Assembly: GCA_946536825.1 (NCBI GenBank) | Contig: CAMNEX010000001.1 | Location: 1 to 62,118 of the forward strand | Direction: 5' to 3' | Source of the DNA: an uncultured Selenomonadales bacterium | Lineage (GTDB): Bacteria; Bacillota; Negativicutes; Selenomonadales; Selenomonadaceae | Length of the DNA stretch: 62,118 nucleotides | Part shown: one piece after another, positions 46,694-53,477 of the stretch | How the letters are laid out: every line of letters starts with the position of its first letter | Numbering within the stretch: position 1 is the stretch's first letter | Translations under genes and position numbers: made by a program | The notes under the pieces: model-generated | What the model was told of the DNA's origin: nothing | The model's input: the letters and a program-made list of their open reading frames with translations, nothing else | Databases searched by the model: none

Positions 46694-47638
46694 ATGAGCA
46701 AATACATAACAAAAAGAATTTTAATGTCCGTGCTGACGCTGTTTTTGATAATTTTCGTGCTGTTCGTTTTGATCAGGATTGTGCCCGGCAACCCGTTCCC
46801 CGTCGAACGCATGAGCGCGGAAATGATTTTGCAAAAACGCGCAGAACTCGGACTCGACAAACCGATTTTAATTCAGTTCGTCGATTATATGTCAATGTTG
46901 TTGCAGGGGAGTTTCGGCAACGGGACTTCCCTCTACAACGGCGCACCGATTAAGCCGATAATGATGATCTGCCTTGAAAATTCCTTTAAAATCGGCGTGT
47001 TGTCGATTCTGTTCGGAACGGCGGCGGGGCTTTTCCTCGGCATAATCGCCGCACTTAACCGCGGAAAATTTTTGGACGGCTTGTGCACTGTCGTTTCAAT
47101 TTTGGGCGTTTGCATTCCGTCCTATGTTTTTATGATTTTCCTGCAGTATTTTTTCTCGTACAAAATTTCGTTCTTCCCGTATTTCTTCGACGCGTCAAGA
47201 TTTTTATTCTCCTCGATAATGCCAGCACTGTCGCTTAGTTTGTTCGCGATTGCCACGGTTGCGCGATTTACCCGCAACGAAATGATTGAGGTTATGAACA
47301 GCGATTACGTCAAACTCGCCGAGGCGAAAGGGCTTTACGGCTTTGAACTCATGCGCAAACACGTTCTTAGAAACGCGCTGATTCCCGTCGTGACGGTTAT
47401 CGCGCCGCTTGTCGTGGGTTTATTGACAGGCGCAATGGTCACAGAAAAAATTTACGGCATAAACGGCGTAGGCAAACTCATGGTTGACGCGATTGCCGGC
47501 GAGGGCGTCGATTACAATTATGTTTTGGCGTTGAGCATAGTTTTTTCGGCGTTGTATATCGGGATAATGTTGCTGTTGGATATTCTTTACGGAATAATCG
47601 ACCCGCGCATAAGGTTGACGGCAAAGGAGGCGGCTTGA
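46694..47638 (+). CDS. oppB: Peptide ABC transporter permease
   Basis: Six TM segments. N-terminus MSKYITKRILMSVLTLFLIIFVLFVLIR and an EAA-like loop …DYVKLAEAKGL…. Confidence 0.85.
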   Translation: MSKYITKRILMSVLTLFLIIFVLFVLIRIVPGNPFPVERMSAEMILQKRAELGLDKPILIQFVDYMSMLLQGSFGNGTSLYNGAPIKPIMMICLENSFKIGVLSILFGTAAGLFLGIIAALNRGKFLDGLCTVVSILGVCIPSYVFMIFLQYFFSYKISFFPYFFDASRFLFSSIMPALSLSLFAIATVARFTRNEMIEVMNSDYVKLAEAKGLYGFELMRKHVLRNALIPVVTVIAPLVVGLLTGAMVTEKIYGINGVGKLMVDAIAGEGVDYNYVLALSIVFSALYIGIMLLLDILYGIIDPRIRLTAKEAA

Positions 47639-47641
47639 ATT

Positions 47642-48631
47642 TTGGAAAAAAATTACACGCCCACGGCGGACGACTTTGAATTTATTTCCGACAGAGATTT
47701 GAGCGTCGATTTAAATTTTGCCTCGCAGGGTTATTGGAAAGGCGTTGCTATTCATTTTTTCCGCAGTAAACTTGCTGTGGCGGGCGTGATTATCGTTAGC
47801 TTGATTATTTTGTTCGCGATCCTCGCGCCGATTTTCAGCTCCTACAGCTATCAGGAAATTGTTTCCGTGAACAGCGCGGCGGGCAAGGAAATTGTTGCCA
47901 AAAGTTTGCCGCCGCAATTCGGAGACGGCTCCGCCCAAAATCTTTTCTCCGATAAAACTTTCCTGTTCGGTACCGACGACATGGGGCGCGATCTCTGGAC
48001 AAGAACTTGGCAAGGAGCGCGAGTTTCTTTGATTATCGCGTTCGTCGCGATTCTGATTGATATGATTATCGGCACGAGTTACGGATTGATTTCCGGCTAC
48101 TTCGGCGGGCACGTTGATAATATTCTGCAACGTTTCATTGAAATTGCGGGCAGTATCCCGACGCTGGTTATCATTTCGATTTTGGCAATTTTCATGGAAA
48201 AGGGTATCGGGCTGGTTATCGTGTCGCTACTTTTAACCGAATGGATCGGCATGAGCAAAATTGCGCGGGCGGAGTGCTTAAAGCTAAAGGAGCGCGAATA
48301 CGTCCTTGCCAGTCGGACGCTCGGCGCGGGCAGTTTCCACATCATTTTTAAGCAGATTTTGCCCAACACAATCGGACCGATAATTACTCAAGTCATGTTT
48401 TCGATACCGGTTGCGATTTTCACCGAAGCTTTTTTAAGTTTCGTCGGCGTCGGCATTGTCCTGCCGCAATGTTCGCTCGGCTCGCTGATTGAGGCGGGTT
48501 TCAACAACATAACTGTTTTGCCCTATCAAATTCTGCCGCCAATTTCTGTTCTGGCACTTTTAATGCTCGGATTTAATTTAATCGGCGACGGTTTTCGCGA
48601 GGCTCTCGCACCCAAAATCGAAAACATGTGA
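47642..48631 (+). CDS. oppC: Peptide ABC transporter permease
   Basis: OppC-type N-terminal domain and the loop …EYVLASRTLGAG…. TTG start downstream of AAGGAGG. Confidence 0.85.
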   Translation: MEKNYTPTADDFEFISDRDLSVDLNFASQGYWKGVAIHFFRSKLAVAGVIIVSLIILFAILAPIFSSYSYQEIVSVNSAAGKEIVAKSLPPQFGDGSAQNLFSDKTFLFGTDDMGRDLWTRTWQGARVSLIIAFVAILIDMIIGTSYGLISGYFGGHVDNILQRFIEIAGSIPTLVIISILAIFMEKGIGLVIVSLLLTEWIGMSKIARAECLKLKEREYVLASRTLGAGSFHIIFKQILPNTIGPIITQVMFSIPVAIFTEAFLSFVGVGIVLPQCSLGSLIEAGFNNITVLPYQILPPISVLALLMLGFNLIGDGFREALAPKIENM

Positions 48632-48701
48632 GCCGCCCGAAAAAGTAATTCTATTCGGTACAAAAAGTTATCTACGAGGTAACCACATAAAAAATTTTTT
48701 G

Positions 48702-48741
48702 TGTTATAATCTTTCAGCTGAAAAAATTTTTTGGCTGAAAG
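48702..48741 (+). promoter_or_regulatory. Extended -10 promoter (TGtTATAAT), immediately followed by a perfect inverted repeat (candidate operator)
   Basis: TG at 48702-48703 and TATAAT at 48705-48710. Inverted repeat CTTTCAGC (48711-48718) / GCTGAAAG (48734-48741) flanks the palindromic core AAAAAATTTTTT. Confidence 0.45.
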
Positions 48742-48764
48742 ATTTTTTTGACGGGAGGATTTTT

Positions 48765-49748
48765 GTGAACAGCTTTGATAAATTTGATGATATAGAACAT
48801 TTGGTTGAAGGGGTTCTCGTCGGGTTGCGGGCGCGAAAGGAAATTGAGCCGCTCCGAAAAAGAATTTCCGAGCTTGAAAAAGCGATAGAGGCTTTCCGAG
48901 AAGAGTGCATTAAACTGCGCGAGGAAAGAGATTTTGAAGCGGATTTGTATAAGGCTCTCAAAAATGATTACGACGAAATTAATCAGCAACTCGACGACGA
49001 ACAAAAAATTTCTTCGGAGCTTAAACGTTCGGTAAAAGCTTTGAGCGAGGAGCGCGACAAGTTGCGCGACGAAAAGGATTTTGAGACAAAGCTTTATAAA
49101 ATTCTCAGAAAAGATTATGACGAAGCCAATCAGCAACTCGACGAAGAGCAAAGAATTTCTTCGGAGCTTAGGCGTTCGGTAAAAACTTTAAGCGGCGAGC
49201 GCGATAATCTGCGCGATGAAAAAATTTCTCTGGAAAAGCAGGTCAAAACTCTGACGAATCGCCTTGACGACGCGAATAAAAAAATTTCCGAATCGGAAGC
49301 GAAACGCCGCGACGCCGAAGGCACCGCAAATTTCTATCGCGACACTTACGGCGAACTCGACGCGGCTTATAAAATTTACTCGACGCTGAACGGCGAGACG
49401 CGCTTTGATTTGGCGGGGATTTTCGGGGCGGGCGATACCGCAAAAGGTTTTTTGAGCGGCGCGGTTCAGGAGTCGCATTTGAATTCTTTCTGGGATTATG
49501 TCAGCCGCCACCCCGACGAAGAAAATTTGCAACGCCTGTTCGATTTTTGCTTTGCGGCGTTAAATCTCGGATTTCGCGAGGCTCCCTACACGCGGCTAAA
49601 CGTCGCCTGCGGAAATGATTTTGATGATGAATTCATGCGGCGCACTTCGCAAAGTCCGCAAATGGGCAACGTCGTCCGCGTCGTGTTTCAAGGCTATCGT
49701 TATTCTTCCGGCAACGTCGTCAAGAAAAGCGTTGTCGAATTGGGTTGA
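48765..49748 (+). CDS. Coiled-coil protein with a GrpE-like C-terminal domain (candidate nucleotide-exchange factor)
   Basis: GTG 48765, 6 nt after GGGAGG. ~190 aa of heptad-rich helix including two 49-aa repeats. C-terminus CGNDFDDEFMRRTSQSPQMGNVVRVVFQGYRYSSGNVVKKSVVEL follows the GrpE beta-domain pattern. Confidence 0.45.
   Translation: MNSFDKFDDIEHLVEGVLVGLRARKEIEPLRKRISELEKAIEAFREECIKLREERDFEADLYKALKNDYDEINQQLDDEQKISSELKRSVKALSEERDKLRDEKDFETKLYKILRKDYDEANQQLDEEQRISSELRRSVKTLSGERDNLRDEKISLEKQVKTLTNRLDDANKKISESEAKRRDAEGTANFYRDTYGELDAAYKIYSTLNGETRFDLAGIFGAGDTAKGFLSGAVQESHLNSFWDYVSRHPDEENLQRLFDFCFAALNLGFREAPYTRLNVACGNDFDDEFMRRTSQSPQMGNVVRVVFQGYRYSSGNVVKKSVVELG
48915..49208 (+). repeat. Two in-frame 147-bp (49-aa) tandem repeats inside the coiled-coil gene
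   Basis: LREERDFEADLYKALKNDYDEINQQLDDEQKISSELKRSVKALSEERDK versus LRDEKDFETKLYKILRKDYDEANQQLDEEQRISSELRRSVKTLSGERDN. A third unit begins but diverges. Confidence 0.8.
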
Positions 49749-49762
49749 GAAAGGAAAATTTT

Positions 49763-52700
49763 ATGGATACAAAAAAAATCGCCGTCTTTCCCGTCGACGA
49801 AAAAACTTTTGCCGATTACAGCGACGCCAAACTCAAGCGCGTTATCAGCTTGGCGAGTGATAATTTCTCGGAAAAATTTTCGGAACTCTGCGCGGAATTC
49901 AAGACGCGCTTTGCCGCCAACGAATGGATTCAAATGGGCAACAAGGACGTTTATTATATCAACGATATTGTCGGGCTCATGCCCAATTTATATAATTTTG
50001 ATTCTGCTGGTCACTCTGAATATTATGGTTACAGTGAATCAACTGACAGATATAAATTCGGGGGATTCCAAGGCGATTTAATGACTGGAAACGAAGCTCG
50101 TAAGTGTTTCAATGACAGAATAAATTATTTCAGAAACAGTAACGGTTATATTGCTCATAAAAATGGAAATTGGTACGAAGGATTAACTTATAAAGATGGT
50201 TCGGAGTATTGGTGGATGTACACTAACAATTCTTATAAATATTCCATTGGTCTCCATAATACCAGAATGAATTACTATCATTACAATGTTTCTATGTTAA
50301 GCGTTCCGATTTATCGCTTTAACGGCAAGGACAGTTCGCCTGCGACAGCACTCGCCGCAATTTTTTATTGGTTTGAATACAACTTAACGCCCAAAACTGT
50401 CAAGTCAGCCAATACAAAAAAACTTTTTAACGAGCTGAAGATTTTCTACGCCACGCAAAAAGAATTCTTGAAAACTCAATGCGAGCAAATTGCCCTTGAC
50501 GAGAAAAAACTTTTCGAGGCAGTCAAGGCGGGCAAAACCTTCGATTTTCTGAAACTCGACTTCCTCAAGGAAAAAACTATCGACGGGCGCGAATACGAAA
50601 CTAATCTGCGCGACGAACTTTTATCCTGCGACAATCGGCGAGTGGCTCTTGACCGCTACGACGAAAAAATTTTGACCGATCCAAATCGCGGACACTGGGA
50701 TTTATGGGACTTGCCCGAAGAAGACGAGCACGGCATTAAACTCAATGAAACGATTTACGCCCGCAACCCCGCCGCCGATGTCAACACCGCCGGTATCGTC
50801 GGAATTGATTTCGGGACAAAATCAACCGTCGTAGTCTATGAAAACGAACGCGGCGAAATTATTCCGTTGCAGGTCGGCAAGGGCGATTACTCAAAAGGCA
50901 TCAAGGCTGAAAATTACGAGAACCCGACAATTATTGAATTCCGCCACATTGAAAATTTCCTTGAGGCATATTCCGCCCGCGCAGGTCGTCCAAAAACTTC
51001 GTGGAACGACGTAACTGTTTCGCACACCGCCCGAACAAATTTGCAGAACACCAACGACAGCAGTTTGTTCGCGTCCTTCTTCGAGAATATCAAGCAGTGG
51101 TGCGGCAATATCCAATACACGACAAAAATCCGCGACCACGACGGCACGGAAAAAGATTTGCCGCCCTTCCTCGACATTTCCAAGGACGAATTCAATCCCC
51201 TGGAATATTACGCCTATTATCTCGGCTCCTATATCAATCACATGCTCCGCCCCAATCATATTTTCATGAAATACATTTTGAGTTTCCCCGTCATGTACGA
51301 ACGCAATATCCGCGAGCGCATGTTGAAGGCTTTCCGCGCAGGCATTTTAAAATCTCTGCCGACCGCGCTTTTGGACAACGAAGACGCAATGAAAGATTTC
51401 CAAGTCGTCGAGGGCACGAGCGAGCCCGCCGCTTATGCTGTCACTGCGCTTGACGGTTACGGCTTTTTGAATGGCGAGGAAAATGACGGCGTTTATTATT
51501 CGGTCTTCGACTTCGGCGGCGGCACGACAGATTTTGATTTCGGCGTCTTGAAACTCGCTGAAGATGACGACGCAGATTTTTATGATTATGTCCTGACGCA
51601 TTTTGGGGCACACGGCGACAGGACGCTGGGCGGCGAAAATCTTTTGCGGCTTATGGCGTTTGAAATTTTCAAGGCGAACAGCGACAAACTTTTGAAGCCG
51701 CGAGAAAATTCCAAAGTGAAAATCCCGTTCACATGGGCGGCAGAAAAAACCGAGTTCGCCGGCTCTGAAGGCTTAATTCGTTCGTCGCAGGAAGCCAACC
51801 TCAATATGCATAATCTTATGGAGGCGTTGCGCCCAATTTGGGAGGCTCCAAACTCCGACGACGCTAAAAAAATTCTGGAATCGGGCACCGTAACTTTAAC
51901 GGTCTTCGACGACGCCGGAAAAGAACTCACCGGCTTTACTCTGTCAATCGGCTCGCAAAAAACCCCCGACGAAGTTAATCCCCTGCCGACAGTGCGGGCT
52001 AAGCCGACAACAACCGCCTTTGAAGTTCCTGCAACAGAATTCAACAAAATTTATAGTCAAGCGTGGGAAGAAGGGGATTTCAATGCAATAAAACAATTAG
52101 GCGAATGGGCAATCCGCGGACACAATGAATCGCTTGTAAATCTTGAAAAGCTTAGCACTGCCGATTATGTTAACGCAACTGAAATTTTATGGAAGCTTAA
52201 AGCAGATAAAAAAATTCCCGACGCGGAGCCGGAAGTCAAAGTTGAGCCGAAGAAAATTGCGCCGCTCGTCGACCTGAACAAAATTTTGCGCGAGAGAATT
52301 TGCCGCGGCATTGACAACTTTTTTATTTCCCTGCGTGACGCCTTCGACAAGATCAGCGGCGGCGAAGATAACGGCGTTGCGGCATTGAGCGACGTGACGG
52401 AGATTGGGATTTTCCTTGCGGGCAATTCGACGAAATCCGCGCTCGTCAAGAAACTTTTCGAGGAATACATTGACACGGAAAAGGGCAAGGCACGCAAGCT
52501 TTTGGGTTTCGGCAATCCGCAGAAAATGCCGCGTTTTGTTTTGTATTCGCCGCTGGGCACCGACGAGGCATATAAAATTCAGGAGTCAAAAGACTTGCCT
52601 GTCGACAAAAATAATTTCGCCGCTCCGACGGGCAAAACAGGCGTGGCGTTCGGGCTGTTGCGTTGCAGAGACGGCTCGGCAATTCGCGTCGTCGACATCA

Positions 52701-53044
52701 GCCCCGAAGGCAAGGACAAAAAGCAAGTTCCTTTCCAATTTTACGTCGGGCGGGCTCGCATGGGAAAATTTAAAATTGTGCTTGATAAGTCGACAAAGCT
52801 CGGCAAATGGTGTAAATTCATAGGCTCGAAGCTCGGAGTTTTCGACCTGCTTTACACCGACCAAAGCATTGCGGCGACGAATAACGCGCCCGCGTCTATT
52901 GCAAAGCGTTTGACAATTCACGTTGACGCCGACGCCGAAGCGAACGTTTACATAAAGGCGGTTGAATCGAACAAAATTTGTTATGCCGTTTCAAAGGGCG
53001 AGCCGACTGTTGAAATTGAAGGAAAGCTGATAACGTTGGATTAA
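49763..53044 (+). CDS. Giant (1093 aa) Hsp70/actin-fold ATPase-like protein
   Basis: GIDFGTKSTVVVYE (phosphate 1), VFDFGGGTTDFDFGVL (phosphate 2), HGDRTLGGENLL (compare DnaK GDTHLGGEDFD), IFLAGNSTKSALV (adenosine). ~330-aa N-terminal and ~250-aa C-terminal extensions. ATG 49763 after AAAGGA. Confidence 0.65.
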   Translation: MDTKKIAVFPVDEKTFADYSDAKLKRVISLASDNFSEKFSELCAEFKTRFAANEWIQMGNKDVYYINDIVGLMPNLYNFDSAGHSEYYGYSESTDRYKFGGFQGDLMTGNEARKCFNDRINYFRNSNGYIAHKNGNWYEGLTYKDGSEYWWMYTNNSYKYSIGLHNTRMNYYHYNVSMLSVPIYRFNGKDSSPATALAAIFYWFEYNLTPKTVKSANTKKLFNELKIFYATQKEFLKTQCEQIALDEKKLFEAVKAGKTFDFLKLDFLKEKTIDGREYETNLRDELLSCDNRRVALDRYDEKILTDPNRGHWDLWDLPEEDEHGIKLNETIYARNPAADVNTAGIVGIDFGTKSTVVVYENERGEIIPLQVGKGDYSKGIKAENYENPTIIEFRHIENFLEAYSARAGRPKTSWNDVTVSHTARTNLQNTNDSSLFASFFENIKQWCGNIQYTTKIRDHDGTEKDLPPFLDISKDEFNPLEYYAYYLGSYINHMLRPNHIFMKYILSFPVMYERNIRERMLKAFRAGILKSLPTALLDNEDAMKDFQVVEGTSEPAAYAVTALDGYGFLNGEENDGVYYSVFDFGGGTTDFDFGVLKLAEDDDADFYDYVLTHFGAHGDRTLGGENLLRLMAFEIFKANSDKLLKPRENSKVKIPFTWAAEKTEFAGSEGLIRSSQEANLNMHNLMEALRPIWEAPNSDDAKKILESGTVTLTVFDDAGKELTGFTLSIGSQKTPDEVNPLPTVRAKPTTTAFEVPATEFNKIYSQAWEEGDFNAIKQLGEWAIRGHNESLVNLEKLSTADYVNATEILWKLKADKKIPDAEPEVKVEPKKIAPLVDLNKILRERICRGIDNFFISLRDAFDKISGGEDNGVAALSDVTEIGIFLAGNSTKSALVKKLFEEYIDTEKGKARKLLGFGNPQKMPRFVLYSPLGTDEAYKIQESKDLPVDKNNFAAPTGKTGVAFGLLRCRDGSAIRVVDISPEGKDKKQVPFQFYVGRARMGKFKIVLDKSTKLGKWCKFIGSKLGVFDLLYTDQSIAATNNAPASIAKRLTIHVDADAEANVYIKAVESNKICYAVSKGEPTVEIEGKLITLD

Positions 53045-53117
53045 AAAATATTTTCTGCGCGGCTTTTCATGTTGACGGCGGCGCAATAAATTGATAATTT
53101 TTATGGAGGAAAATTGA

Positions 53118-53465
53118 ATGGCAGATTTTTTGACGGAGCGAACGAAATTTTACTGCGTGGCGGCTCCGGCGGTGAATTTCTCAATTTCAATGTCGGGTAA
53201 AGTCACGCACCGAGGCGCAAAAGTTTTGACGACGGCGGCGAAGTTGTCAGGCAAAGGACTTTGTCCGAAATTAACGGCGTTTATGCAATCTCCGCAACAG
53301 TGCCAATTCAAACAAACGCCGTGGCTGAATTTCGATTTAAAATGCAAAGCCGAATCAAAAAATTTGTTGATGGCGGATTCCTTTTGTAGCTGTCCTGTAC
53401 CTATATGCGCCGGCACGGTCGTGAAAGTCCGCTTGGCAAGGGCGCAAGGATTTAAACAAGCATAA
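53118..53465 (+). CDS. PAAR-like (DUF4280-like) small Cys-patterned protein
   Basis: 115 aa. FYCVAAP…GKGLCPKL…CQFKQTPW…SFCSCPVPICAGTVVKV resembles the DUF4280 Cys/Trp spacing. ATGGAGG RBS. Confidence 0.45.
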   Translation: MADFLTERTKFYCVAAPAVNFSISMSGKVTHRGAKVLTTAAKLSGKGLCPKLTAFMQSPQQCQFKQTPWLNFDLKCKAESKNLLMADSFCSCPVPICAGTVVKVRLARAQGFKQA

Positions 53466-53477
53466 GGAGGAAAATTT

